A stretch of DNA of 64,000 nucleotides, taken from NCBI RefSeq assembly GCF_009914755.1, contig NC_060927.1, one strand, 5' to 3'. Positions 46,201-63,254 of the stretch are shown piece after piece. The stretch comes from the human T2T-CHM13v2.0 reference genome, Homo sapiens. Each line of letters opens with the position of its first letter. Position 1 is the first letter of the stretch. The position numbers were made by a program, and so were the translations under genes. The notes under the pieces were generated by a model, which saw nothing but the letters and a program-made list of their open reading frames with translations, searched no databases and was not told the origin of the DNA.

Positions 46201-47739
46201 CTGTATCAAAAGTAAGCAAAATGTCTCAGAAGGATGCTCTGACTCACTGTGTTCTTTCTTGATAAACACACAGAATAATGGATTCGTTACTCAGTTTTCT
46301 CTCTAGTTAGAATATTTATGTTAATGTATTGGGCTGTGCTCCCCCAAGGATATGGAGAACAATATTAGATAATTAAGCAAGAACGAAATGCTAAAGAAAC
46401 TGAAATAATATGACTACCCACACTTTTCAGCTCAAAATATTTCTGGTGTTAAGATTAGAATGACCTACAAAAGATTCCCATAGAATAAAAAATTTATAAC
46501 TGAAAATATCTGTGGCAAATATCCAGATAAGGAAAGTGCCTTGCTCAAGGTCAAAGCTACTTAGTAACAGGAATAGAACCTGTTACTAACAGGCACTGCT
46601 TAGTAGTTTTGACCTCCAAGTAGTCAGTGGGCAATAGACAAATAGACAAAAGAGATACATCTAGTTTTCAGGTACTCAAGAGACTTTCTTCATATTATTA
46701 TATATGGGTTAGCAAGGTCCCATCACAAACCTTCATAATAAACAAGGGATTAACATATATGAATGTGTGTGTATATTTGTATATATACATATATATGTTA
46801 ACATATATGTATATATATTCCATTACACACAGTAACATGTTTCCCAATTCACTCCCTGTCTGTGCCCTTCCTCCAACTGTAATCTTAGCAAACCACAATC
46901 CATAAAAAGCTGAGTAGGGGCCATTATCAAGAGAGGCAAAAGAGACGAGATTTGGTATCTCTTTTCAAGATCTAAGCATCTTGACTTGCAGAGGATTGAC
47001 TTTGTTTGCTAAAGCGCACTATCCAGTTAGGACTGAAAAATATTCCCAGAAAAATCCTAGGTAATTCTAACTTTTCTAGGTCACATTTATCACTGAGACT
47101 CATTACATGGCTTTCACAATGCCCAAAGACATCATTATAGATAACCTCCAAATTATATAAATCTTGCATAGCAAAGAGAGGGTAGATAAAGAATCCCAGC
47201 TGTAACTAAATTATTGAATCCTAATCACAAAAGGAGACTATAAAGACTGTTTTATAACAGAAAGGTCTGTAGGAAACTATGCTACTGATTTTAAAAAATT
47301 AAGATATCACCAAGATATGGGAGCATATTGAGGGGAACGAAGAGGAAACAGAAGCCTACCAAAGCAGGCTTGGAATGTCTGCCCGGCCAGACCACTGGAT
47401 CTTAAGCTAGTTGCCCATTAGAGCTCACCTCCATGCTTTTTGAATATTCCCTTTTACATCCACCCAGAAGAATTCATTTTCTCACTCTTAATCTAGTGCT
47501 CTTGACATTTTACTTTGCTCCTTTCCTTTCATCCTTTCAAGATTAATATTAGTCAAAGTTATATTGTTCTACTAAAAATTTAAAAAATGCAAATAATTAG
47601 GTGGAAAATATGTAATTAAGAATACTTTGCCTTGAATTTTCCTGATAATTGCTTCAATAATTTCCTTGACAAAAAACATGAGCTTCATCTTAGTAAAACT
47701 ATATCTTGTTATTAAATCACATACTGTAACCTAGAGTAC

Positions 47740-48362
47740 AGTGGACTATCTAAAATTCAATCTGAATCTTCTAAACTTTTTGGCAAATGAAATCATCACA
47801 ATTCAAGCTAGTTTAAGCAAAATAAGGTAAAATAGTACCTCAAAATAAGGTAAAATAGTGGTGCAAGTAGCCAGACATACCATCCATGGGTATGTCTGGT
47901 TATAGCCATAGACAGATCCAGGGCACCAGCAAGAGTATCAGGACACAGTATTTTTCCATTGTGTGGCTCTGCCACCACAGTAATTATCAGGAAGGCTCTA
48001 TCTCTAGTGTGGCAAATATGAGCAACAGAAGCTCCCCACTTAAATTCTCCCAGCTTAGCAACCCTAGTGAAGAGAAAGAACCTCTTTCCGAAGCTCCAGC
48101 AAAATATGGCAGGACTTATACTCACTGACCATAACATGGTTTGGGTCATACACCCATCCCTGACAAAGCATGTGAGTTTTCTCTTTGGACAAGCCTGGGT
48201 TTCAGACCCTGTGGAGTTAGAAGGTAGACTCAAGGCCATCTGAACTATATATACTAACTGGAAGGGAGGAATAGTTTCCTCTTGTACAAAAACCTGGTTC
48301 TCTTACCAGAAAAAGAGAGAATGGATTCTGGTCACAAGGACAAGAAACAGAAGGTTCACTAC
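47740..48362 (-). mobile_element. Old MaLR LTR (MLT1K/L-like)
   Basis: AATTCAAGCTAGTTTAAGCAAAA...CCCAGCTTAGCAACCCTAGTGAAGAGA...TTACCAGAAAAAGAGAGAATGGATTCTGG. Confidence 0.6.
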
Positions 48363-49216
48363 CAGAACACATACTCTAGAAAATACAAAAGTACCTCATG
48401 AAAGCATATGTTGCCATGGAATATTCCCAAAGATAGTATTTTACAAAGATGTCAACATATAGATGATCATTATGGATGAACAATATAACTCTTGGTGCCT
48501 TACAGACAAAGACATCTTCTGAAAGAGTATGAACTTTATATGCCAACTTGAAAATTATAAAATGTTATTGCCTTTTTAATGGTAGGCAAAAAAACTAGGC
48601 AATCAGAAAAAATTCAAATGTTACTTCATAATTATAAAACTTTTTAATTTAAAAAATTCTTCAAAGTTAAAATAATTTATACATTTGGCCATTTTTTTAA
48701 AAAAATGAACAGGTTTATATGGTTTCAGTGCTGCACTGAAATGACATCTATAGTTATTTTTAATTGCTATTTACAGGAATCTTGATATCCTTGTAAAATC
48801 TGTTACTATAGAAATCTCAGCAAATAATTAGCTCCTCAGGGAAAATCCAACTCTTCATAACTTCTAGTTGAAACAAAAAAAATAGCCTTTAGCTCTTCTT
48901 CCTAAATAATGATACGTTTATTACTTATACATTGCTGCCCACTACATTTGTAAAATAAAACTAAATTTTTTCCTTAGAAATGCTTACAGACATTGTATCC
49001 ACCTCTTCAAGATATTTAAAAATAAAAAAAATTTATTTTAACTGTTAACAGGTTTAGAAAAATTAATACACCATGGAGTCTATAGCCTTGCAAATTATTT
49101 TAAAATGATTATTTTCTGTTCTTTGTTTTCTGTTCTTTTTTCTCCCATTTCACAATCCCCTGTGGCTAGAAACAGACAACAAATTAAGTACAATGAACAT
49201 TCTTTCTGCTTACTAG

Positions 49217-49543
<327 letters not shown>

Positions 49544-51846
49544 TGACTATTTTCAAGCTAAGTAAATTAAATGTATCTCTAAATAGCTCATAAATAATAA
49601 TAAGTGTAAATACTTAACTCTAATGTATATATGTTTTATTGTTTATATATATATAGTGTTTAATTCTAAAAGGAATTTAAAGCAACTTTGAAGATGTCAA
49701 AGTAAAATAAACAAGATGAAGCAAAAGGCAAAGAGAGTATAAAAGCAAGCTAAAACCAAGAATGAGGTTTGTACTCAGTATGCATTCCATGAAGTCCACT
49801 TACTAATAGTGGATGTTAACCTAGGTACTTTAGTTTCAAAGTCCCTCAAGTGAACAATATAGGTTATTCCAATACAAAATAAAATACTGAATGGCAAAAG
49901 AGAATCCTACATTGTATCTGAAGTATGTCTGTAAACATTAGAACCTAGCAAACCGAGCATAATATGTATACATATACATAGACATACATATACAGAGAGA
50001 TGCAAAATTCTTAAAGCTTGCATTTATCCTGAGTTTACTACTTTATTGATTCTGATATACTCAAGCCAGAATGATTTTATATTGTCCTAATACAGACCTA
50101 TTTTCAATATGTGCTAATCCTATAGTTTGAGTAGGCTAAAATGATTTGTTCTAAATAGTCATTTTTACATGATAGGGCCAAGCAAAGTTAAAATTAGAGG
50201 TTGGATGCACCACAAATAACAGAGAGAGCAGGCCAGGCTTAGATCCAAAGAAGCAGAGTCCTGGAAGCCCAAGGCTTATTGATTGATGGATGGAGAATAC
50301 AAGGAAGCAATGGGTACAAAAAAAAAATGGCAGGTGCATAAAGTTACTGCTAAGAGAGAGAATAGAGAATTGGGAGCACATGGTAAAGAACAAAGGAAAG
50401 GTAAAGAAAGAAAGATAAGAACAGAAAAATTTTAACATAGCATATGAGTGAATTACTTCTTAGAAGCCTAGTAGGACTTGCTCCAGATTTTTTTCTTGAT
50501 AACCCACTGTTATCACTCACAGATTCAAAATTAATTCTCTCGCCTTTCTGCAAATAGCCTAAAACGTATTCATTATTTTTTTACAACAGAGTTATCATAA
50601 TCAACAACATCCAAAGAAACAAGACCTTAAAATCAAGCACAGGCTATAATCCTGGCTATCTGGTTTTTGCACAGCATGTAATGATGTAGATTCCAAGCAG
50701 TAGGTGCTTGGGAAAGAGTCATTGGCAATTCTAAGTTAACAGTTTGGTAGGATTCTTGTGATCTTCCTCAACCCAGGTAGCTTCAAGTGCCCCCCACTAA
50801 ACCTCTTTTCTAATCAGATTGCTACACTTAACCTGCTCGTGGGGACCGTCACAGCTTGGTCAAATAGACCTGGGCTTGACTCCTCAATTCACCTATTGAC
50901 AAAGAATATTTATTTAGTTTTTCCCAGTTTCAACACTCACTACTATTTTGGGGATTATACTATTTATCTCAACAAGCTGCTCTGGAAGTCAAATGAGATA
51001 CTGTTGCAAAGTACCTAGTTATATCCCTGACCATCATAAAATGGTAGATATTATAGGCATAGGAGAGAAGTTTAAGAGCATTGGCATTACAGAGGGATAT
51101 GGTCTTCCAGTGATTGGAAATGATTTTTTCTAGAGATGAAAGCTGGTTCTAATCCGGTCAACCTCCTTTTCACTGTGGGAACCCAAACAATCAGTATCTC
51201 ACCCTCACCATATGCACAATGAGGTTGGATTAGATGTGATAGATCATCTCTAAGGTATGCTTCCCCTCTATAAAATTCTGTGGCTATACAAGTATTGTAA
51301 ATTAGAAATTTTCCAGTTAATTTCCCTTGGGGCTTACTAGTCTTACATTGAACTCCCTTCTTTTGTCCTCTAGTTTTCATCATTAATATTTCAAATCATC
51401 AGGAAGAACAGGTAAGATGACACCAACCCTAAAAAATAGTATTTAGTATTGTGGATGATCAAAACCTTTTGAAACAAGGCAGACCTTACATTAAATCCTG
51501 ACTCTCCAATATTGGTTATACGACCTTGAAAAAGTTTTTTCAGCTCCCTGAGAATTTGTTTCTATTTTACAAAATGAGGCTAATGAGTAATACCTACCTT
51601 AAAGTATTAGTTTCTGAGAGCTTGAATTCTCCTGGCTTCTAGTAGGCATTCAATATTATATTATTTTGTACCCTGAAAGAATCATTAAAATTCAGCTTTA
51701 AATCTTTCTGGATATGCTTAACACATTTTTGATTGAAGAACATGGCAAGTATCTTAAAGATATTTTACCTCCAAAATATTGTCTAATTTAAAAAGCCAAA
51801 AATAAAGTAACAGCAAGTTATCAAAATGATGGCTCTAACTTTGCTA

Positions 51847-52203
51847 CAGGTTGAGCATCCTTAGTCTGAAAATCTAAAATCCAAATGCTGCAAGACCCAA
51901 AACTTTTTGAGCCACCAATATGATGACACAAGTGGAAAATGCCACACCACACCTCATGTGACAGGTTGCAGTCAAAATGCAGTCAAAACCTTTCCACGCA
52001 CAAAATTATTTAAAATATTGTACGAAATTACCTTCAGGTTATGTGCATAAGATGTATATAAAACAAAAATGAATTTCATGTTTAGACTTGGGTCCCTTTC
52101 CTGAGATATCTCATTATGTGTATGCAAATATTCCAAATTCAGAATAAAATGAAAATCAAAACACTCTGATCCCAAGCATTTCAGATAAGGGATACTCAAC
52201 CTG
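51847..52203. mobile_element. Tigger4b (Zombi/MER46-type) DNA transposon
   Basis: TIRs CAGGTTGAGCATCC and GGATACTCAACCTG, TA target duplication, about 357 bp. Confidence 0.85.
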
Positions 52204-53049
52204 TACCAAACTGTGGCAAGATAAGACTATTAAACATCTGAAGTGTACCTCAGATTGAACTATCAAGAATTACAACCACATTGAGAAATGTGCTTTAAAA
52301 TGTTGTAATGAGCACACGTTAGTGATGAGACAAAAATTGTTATTCACTTCTGAAAGACCCCTGAACTGAATATTTAAGTACTATTTCAAAGCCTATTTTT
52401 ATAAAAGTGCATCAAAATGTTCAGAAAGATTATTTGTGAATAATGAAACACCATTTCAAAGCCAGAAGGAAAACTAGATTGGCTCACTTTTCAGTTCTCA
52501 TATTATTAGTTCAATAGGTTTATTTAAAAATCTCTCTGATCTTTTACTCTGACTCACTGAAAGCAAATTTTGAAAAGTGAAAAACCTATAAGGCTTTTCA
52601 TTTTCTACTAAGTATCTTCCACAAATCTAACATCAATAAAATAAGACAGCCCTGGACCTGAATATGACAGCCTTTACATGGTTCTAATGCATTGCCTACC
52701 CTATGCACAGAACAACCACTAAACTCAGCAGGAAAAAAGATCAATCAGTAAAAATAGGAATTTGAGTTTAATTCAAGTACCTGGGAATACCAACATGCTT
52801 TCATATAATCTCAGTACTGATTACTTTTAAAAAGGCATAACACTTCATTTAAAATGAATATCTGAGTGCAGTTGATTATTTATGCCCTTTATATATCTCT
52901 AACTATTCAACTAATAATAACAAAAACAATAATCGTTAACAATTTCTTGAGTATATACAACAGAACTGAATCACTGACTTAAATACTTTACATAATGACC
53001 TCATTTAATCCTCAAAACTATTCTACTTACAGTTGATAAAACTGAGTCT

Positions 53050-53953
53050 GGGAGGAGCCAAGATGGCCGAATAGGAACAGCTCCGGTCTACAGCTCCCAG
53101 CGTGAGTGACGCAGAAGACAGGTGATTTCTGCATTTCCATCTGAGGTACCGGGTTCATCTCACTAGGGAGTGCCAGACAGTGGGCGCAGGCCAGTGTGTG
53201 TGCGCACCGTGCGCGAGCCGAAGCAGGGCGAGGCATTGCCTCACCTGGGAAGCGCAAGGGGTCAGGGAGTTCCCTTTCCGAGTCAAAGAAAGGGGTGACG
53301 GACGCACCTGGAAAATCGGGTCACTCCCACCCGAATATTGCGCTTTTCAGACCGGCTTAAGAAACGGCGCACCACGAGACTATATCCCACACCTGGCTCA
53401 CAGGGTCCTACGCCCACGGAGTCTCGCTGATTGCTAGCACAGCAGTCTGAGATCAAACTGCAAGGCGGCAGCGAGGCTGGGGGAGGGGCGCCCGCCATTG
53501 CCCAGGCTTGCTTAGGTAAACAAAGCAGCCGGGAAGCTCCAACTGGGTGGAGCCCACCACAGCTCAAGGAGGCCTGCCTGCCTCTGTAGGCTCCACCTCT
53601 GGGGGCAGGGCACAGACAAACAAAAAGACAGCAGTAACCTCTGCAGACTTAAGTGTCCCTGTCTGACAGCTTTGAAGAGAGCAGTGGTTCTCCCAGCACG
53701 CAGCTGGAGATCTGAGAACGGGCAGACTGCCTCCTCAAGTGGGTCCCTGACTCCTGACCTCCGAGCAGCCTAACTGGGAGGCACCCCCCAGCAGGGGCAC
53801 ACTGACACCTCACACGGCAGGGTATTCCAACAGACCTGCAGCTGAGGGTCCTGTCCGTTAGAAGGAAAACTAACAACCAGAAAGGACATCTACACCAAAA
53901 ACCCATCTGTACATCACCATCATCAAAGACCAAAAGTAGATAAAACCACAAAG
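53050..53953 (+). promoter_or_regulatory. L1HS 5'UTR: CpG-rich internal sense promoter (YY1 site AAGATGGCC at 53060-53068) and antisense promoter region
   Basis: Intact YY1 core and high CpG density relative to the flanks; promoter roles are established for L1HS 5'UTRs but not shown for this copy. Confidence 0.85.
53283..53498 (-). CDS. ORF0: L1 ORF0, 71 aa, open
   Basis: MAGAPPPASLPPCSLISDCCASNQRDSVGVGPCEPGVGYSLVVRRFLSRSEKRNIRVGVTRFSRCVRHPFL; both internal donors present (CAG|GTGTGG at 53393/53392, CAG|GTGCGT at 53308/53307). Confidence 0.85.
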   Translation of the reverse strand: MAGAPPPASLPPCSLISDCCASNQRDSVGVGPCEPGVGYSLVVRRFLSRSEKRNIRVGVTRFSRCVRHPFL

Positions 53954-54970
53954 ATGGGGAAAAAACAGAACAGAAAAACTGGAAACTCTAAAACGCAGAG
54001 CGCCTCTCCTCCTCCAAAGGAACGCAGTTCCTCACCAGCAACAGAACAAAGCTGGATGGAGAATGATTTTGACGAGCTGAGAGAAGAAGGCTTCAGGCGA
54101 TCAAATTACTCTGAGCTACGGGAGGACATTCAAACCAAAGGCAAAGAAGTTGAAAACTTTGAAAAAAATTTAGAAGAATGTATAACTAGAATAACCAATA
54201 CAGAGAAGTGCTTAAAGGAGCTGATGGAGCTGAAAACCAAGGCTCAAGAACTACGTGAAGAATGCAGAAGCCTCAGGAGCCAAAGCCATCAACTGGAAGA
54301 AAGGGTATCAGCAATGGAAGATGAAATGAATGAAATGAAGCGAGAAGGGAAGTTTAGAGAAAAAAGAATAAAAAGAAATGAGCAAAGCCTCCAAGAAATA
54401 TGGGACTATGTGAAAAGACCAAATCTACGTCTGATTGGTGTACCTGAAAGTGATGTGGAGAATGGAACCAAGTTGGAAAACACTCTGCAGGATATTATCC
54501 AGGAGAACTTCCCCAATCTAGCAAGGCAGGCCAACGTTCAGATTCAGGAAATACAGAGAACGCCACAAAGATACTCCTCGAGAAGAGCAACTCCAAGACA
54601 CATAATTGTCAGATTCACCAAAGTTGAAATGAAGGAAAAAATGTTCAGGGCAGCCAGAGAGAAAGGTCGGGTTACCCTCAAAGGAAAGCCCATCAGACTA
54701 ACAGCGGATCTCTCGGCAGAAACCCTACAAGCCAGAAGAGAGTGGGGGCCAATATTCAACATTCTTAAAGAAAAGAATTTTCAACCCAGAATTTCATATC
54801 CAGCCAAACTAAGCTTCATAAGTGAAGGAGAAATAAAATACTTTATAGACAAGCAAATGCTGAGAGATTTTGTCACCACCAGGCATGCCCTAAAAGAGCT
54901 CCTCAAGGAAGCGCTAAACATGGAAAGGAACAACCGGTACCAGCCGCTGCAAAATCATGCCAAAATGTAA
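53954..54970 (+). CDS. L1 ORF1p RNA-binding/chaperone protein, 338 aa, open
   Basis: Full 338-aa ORF1p with REKG, ARR and YPAKLS motifs; differs from recalled L1HS ORF1p at R98Q, R110Q, C111S, D112H, L231F, P311H. Confidence 0.93.
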   Translation: MGKKQNRKTGNSKTQSASPPPKERSSSPATEQSWMENDFDELREEGFRRSNYSELREDIQTKGKEVENFEKNLEECITRITNTEKCLKELMELKTKAQELREECRSLRSQSHQLEERVSAMEDEMNEMKREGKFREKRIKRNEQSLQEIWDYVKRPNLRLIGVPESDVENGTKLENTLQDIIQENFPNLARQANVQIQEIQRTPQRYSSRRATPRHIIVRFTKVEMKEKMFRAAREKGRVTLKGKPIRLTADLSAETLQARREWGPIFNILKEKNFQPRISYPAKLSFISEGEIKYFIDKQMLRDFVTTRHALKELLKEALNMERNNRYQPLQNHAKM

Positions 54971-55009
54971 AGACCATCGAGACTAGGAAGAAACTGCATC
55001 AACTAATGA

Positions 55010-58862
<3,853 letters not shown>

Positions 58863-59240
58863 ACAATGAGATCACATGGACACAGGAAGGGGAATATCAC
58901 ACTCTGGGGACTGTGGTGGGGTCGGGGGAGGGGGGAGGGATAGCATTGGGAGATATACCTAATGCTAGATGACACATTAGTGGGTGCAGCGCACCAGCAT
59001 GGCACATGTATACATATGTAACTAACCTGCACAATGTGCACATGTACCCTAAAACTTAGAGTATAATAAAAAAAAAAAAAAAAAAAAAAAAAAACTGAGT
59101 CTCAGCAAGTTTAAATAACTTGATCAGACCACACATTAATGATGGAGCTAGGATTGAATTCAGACATGTCCTATATATTTCATTCATTCATGAGTATATT
59201 AATTTATTCAGTGAATATCTTTGTCCTAAAGAAATGCCAC

Positions 59241-59737
59241 TGTAGCAGAAAGATGGTTGCAAATTCTTTGTCACTGTGCTCATTGAAAGGCAAAACGTAT
59301 TGTTCTCCCCTTAAATATAGACTTGCCCTGTGACTTGGTTTGACCAGTGGAATGTGGTGGAAGTGACTAAGATACTTCCAAGCTAGCACAAAGGAGATCT
59401 GCTGTTTTTGCTATCACCTTCTTGGAATATTCTGGGAACCATACCACTGTGGAGTGAGAAGCCCAAGCCATGTAGGAGGCCACAGGGAGCAGAACCAGGA
59501 CGTGCCAGTCAACAGCCTCAATAACCAGCACCAAAGCTAGTCATGTGTGTAAGCAATCTTATGCATCTTAGGGCTGTTGAACACTGAGATCACTGCAGCC
59601 CCAACTAACACTACATGTAGTGGAAAAACCACCCAGCAGTATACAGTCAACTCACAGAATAGCAAGAGACAGTAAATGGTTGCTTCAAACAACCAAATTT
59701 TGGGGTGACTAGTTATGCAGCAGTGGATAAAGAGCTG
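59241..59737 (+). mobile_element. MaLR LTR (MLT1H-like)
   Basis: TGTAGCAGAAAGATGG..CAAATTCTTTG.CACT...GTGACTTGGTTTGACCAGTGGAATGTGG...TTTTGGGGTG..GTTATGCAGCAGT.GATAA. Confidence 0.8.
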
Positions 59738-60699
59738 CAATATTTTTCTTGAAATGAGAGCATTGGGTATAATATAGCAAAATACAACCCTAGAAATAAA
59801 ATAACTATAATAATATTATTTTGGCATAATATAGCAAAATACAACTCTAATAATAAGAAAAAGCATGAAGCAATTGCTTTTCTCTTGTGGCTGGGCATGA
59901 TTTTTATACTGAAAGCCTAGTAAAGTAGGAAAATCAGAAGAGACTATGGCTCTTTTTCTTCACTTATTTATTCATGTACTCATTTATTTAAACTTACTCA
60001 TTTATATATTCATTAAGCCCCTATTTCTTGTTACATGTGAGTGTCTTTGTTAACTACTGTGGGTCATACTATAAATCAAGATAAGCCTACTGCCTTTAAG
60101 AACTTTTAGGTCTAAAGAAGGTAAATACTTTTTGGTTGATTGACTCTAATGCATTCTCAAAACAGTAAAGTGGAAGTTAGAAAAATTAAGGAAAGCAAGG
60201 GGGAAAATTGGAGAAGCCCAGTCCAAGTTTTAATTTTTGCTGTTGATAATACACAAGGTAAATTATGAAATATGTACTGTACTTATATTTTAATATTTCA
60301 TTTCTACCCATAGAATGTTAAGCCCCCCAAAAATGAACATAAAAGAGAGTGTGTATTCAATTGCGTTTGCTCTTCTGCTTGGCTCTCCTTAAGGCTTCTG
60401 AGTTTCTAACCTGTCAAAGGATTAGTTTCCTTAAATGCAAAATTAAGATGATTCTACCCCTACCTGCCCCAAGGTGTATTATGCCATGCAAAATGATAAT
60501 TATGAGATAAAACTATTAAATCTTTATATTGGGGTCAGAACTTATTTACATAACCATCTTATTCAGACCATGGCAATGCAAAAGTGATATTTTATGCACT
60601 TGTAAGCAGCAGAAGAAAATAAAAATTAACTGTAAAAGCTCTATCCAAACTTAATTAAACAATGTCTCCACACATTCAAATAGGAGATTCTAATAGGGC

Positions 60700-61105
60700 T
60701 GAGGATCAAAATACTCAGTCCTCCTGTCCTCAAAGCTGGGTGTGGGATGCAATTGGTTCCATCAGATTCCTCCCCCAAGAATTGTTAGATTTGGAGCTAA
60801 TGGAGGAAGGGCTTGGATTTTGAGTCACTGGTCAGAAGGATGTGAATCAAACACTGCCCCACTATCTTCCCTATTACACAGAGAAAGCCTATATTCTATA
60901 ACAAAATATGAGATCCACACAGACAAACAGAGGTGAGGGACAGGCCAAGTCTTGATAACCTCGCTTGGTCCTCTGGATCAGGCTGTGCCTAAAACTGTGA
61001 TAAACGTTCACTTCAAAGTTGTGTGAACCAAAAATTCTCTTTTATTATTCAAGTTAATGTAAGTTGGATTTCTGTCCACTGCTTCCAAAAGAATCTTGTC
61101 TAAAA
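60700..61105 (+). mobile_element. Old MaLR LTR (MLT1K/L-like)
   Basis: CCTCTGGATCAGGCTGTGCCTAAA...GTGTGAACCAAAAATTCTCTTTT...GTTGGATTTCTGTC.ACTGC. Confidence 0.55.
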
Positions 61106-61196
61106 ATAAAATTAAAGCATCAGAGGTATATTGAAATCATCTGAGACCTTTCATAACTTGTTTGGGCAACTAATCTCTTATGAGGATAAAAGTATC

Positions 61197-61501
61197 ATCA
61201 TTCTCAGTAAACGACCACAAGAACAAAAGACCAAACACCGCATATCCTCACTCATAGGTGGGAATTGAACAATGAGATCACATGGACACAGGAAGGGGAA
61301 CATCACACTCTGGGGACTGTTGTGGGGTGGGGGGAGGCGGGAGGGATAGCATTGGGAGATCTACCTAATGCTAGATGACGAGTTAGTGGGTGCAGCGCAC
61401 CAGCATGTCACATGCATACATATGTAACTAACCTGCACATTGTGCACATGTACCCTAAAACTTAAAGTATAATAATAAAAAAAATAAAAATAAAAATAAA
61501 A
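61197..61501 (+). mobile_element. 5'-truncated L1PA2/L1PA3 3' end (about 305 bp)
   Basis: GCTAGATGACGAGTTAGTGGGTGCAGCGCACC..AAAACTTAAAG; (AAAAAT)n tail; TSD ATAAAAGTATC at 61186-61196 and 61502-61512. Confidence 0.92.
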
Positions 61502-61636
61502 ATAAAAGTATCTCTAATTGTAAACTAAGAAAGATGGTAGTTAAAGCAAGGGACACAATGGGTAACACTCTTATCCTAGCCACCAACCTGATTGCATTCT
61601 TTACTTTCTAGTCAAGCCCCTTCTTCCCTTGTCTAA

Positions 61637-61990
<354 letters not shown>

Positions 61991-62437
61991 TAATTTCCAA
62001 TTCACAAAGTGCTATCCTCCAGGATGCCAGGAAATGAACTGGGGGACAGAAGAAAGAGTCAAGAAAAGAAGATAAAACTTAGCTGGTAGCCTAGTGGCAT
62101 AATAGCTAACATGTCTAACCATTAGCAAATGCTCAAAAATCCTGAGCCCAGAAAAGCCTTATTCACTACCGTTACAGAAATAAATCTAGAAGGTTAGCTA
62201 TGCTGAATATGTTAGGGAAATGGAGAAGCACTGCTATTTTGATAATCAATTCAAAAGAAAATTAAATTTACTAATGGAAACTACCGCTATTCATTTTCTG
62301 GACATATGTAAAGATAAAGCCAGCTTAAAACAACAAATAACCAACCTAGTCTTTTAACCTTCAGATATGGTGCAAAAGCATGACCTAAAAGATACTTTTT
62401 CATTACTAGCGAAGCAGGCTTTAGTCTCAAACTTTAC

Positions 62438-62615
62438 CTTAGACCATTCAACGTCTGCCCATTTGTCTTGTACTGACTTTTCCTTTCAGTGCCCTGGATG
62501 TCAAGGGAACTTGGCTGCCAAAGACTGAGGCTGGAATCAAAGTGCTCTGGGCTTTCCCACCAGAACTCCATCCATGGGGCATAGAAGCAGACTTGGAAAC
62601 AGACAAGTGCTGTGT
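62438..62615 (-). other. Candidate internal exon (178 nt), minus strand
   Basis: Acceptor tagtttattttgcag|AC, donor AAG|gtaaag; one frame open throughout (TALVCFQVCFYAPWMEFWWESPEHFDSSLSLWQPSSLDIQGTERKSQYKTNGQTLNGL). No homology recognised. Confidence 0.35.
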
Positions 62616-62895
62616 CTGCAAAATAAACTAACTAGTGTAGGGCAAAATGGGCTCTATGCTTTCCTCAACCCCAGCCCCAACAAAAAGCAAGATCCTTGTG
62701 GTCATTTTGCCTTTGCTTACATCCACTGCTGCCTGAAGCTAAAGAAAGGCTCCTTAGTAGACCATGGTAAGCCCCCTTTTATCCTCCTGCTGTCAGGGAT
62801 GAAAGATTCCAAGCCTCAAGTGCAACACAGCTGCAGACGCCGACTTTTCCAAAAGATAAAAATCAAAACCCAAAAAAGACCACAAGTTCACTTTG

Positions 62896-62900
<5 letters not shown>

Positions 62901-62937
<37 letters not shown>
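62901..62937 (+). repeat. A37 homopolymer
   Basis: 37 uninterrupted A with no recognisable Alu or L1 body upstream. Confidence 0.95.
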
Positions 62938-62938
<1 letters not shown>

Positions 62939-63254
62939 AGGCCTTCTCAGAGTGGCTACTTTCCAGACACCAGACACACAAATGCTTTAAAGACAAAAGC
63001 AGGTTGTTACATTTGTCAGGGTGAATAAAAAGCCTAGAGCAGGACTCTCAAGTCTCTCTTTCTGTGCTAAGGAATGTCTTCCCAATTTTTTGCAGCCTTG
63101 AGGACCGGGAGATGACTGGGAAATTGCTGACAGGGCAGGGAAAGGGCTATACTCTACATGCTGGCATTCACAGACAAACACGGAGGGGCAGCAACAGCAA
63201 AGAGGAGTCTTGGTGGTCTTCCTGGAGTTCCCAGGCTTTACTGGCCATGGATCC

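Noticed and set aside
45660-46215. Overlapping 139-, 101- and 89-aa ORFs in unique DNA
   Set aside because: Non-ATG starts, no recognisable domain; better explained as chance frames in a possible 3'UTR.
48723-48741. Palindrome TTTCAGTGC-T-GCACTGAAA
   Set aside because: A 9-bp stem is expected by chance in 64 kb.
58915-58940. G-rich quadruplex-capable tract in L1 3'UTRs (also near 4737 and 61323)
   Set aside because: Known constitutive feature of L1 3'UTRs.
62721-62830. Possible additional minus-strand exon upstream of 62615 (donor GAT|gtaagc)
   Set aside because: Acceptor is ambiguous and the frame matching the next exon contains a stop; too speculative.
62574-62990. 138-aa ORF with a poly-lysine run
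   Set aside because: The poly-K is just the A37 homopolymer; no homology recognised.
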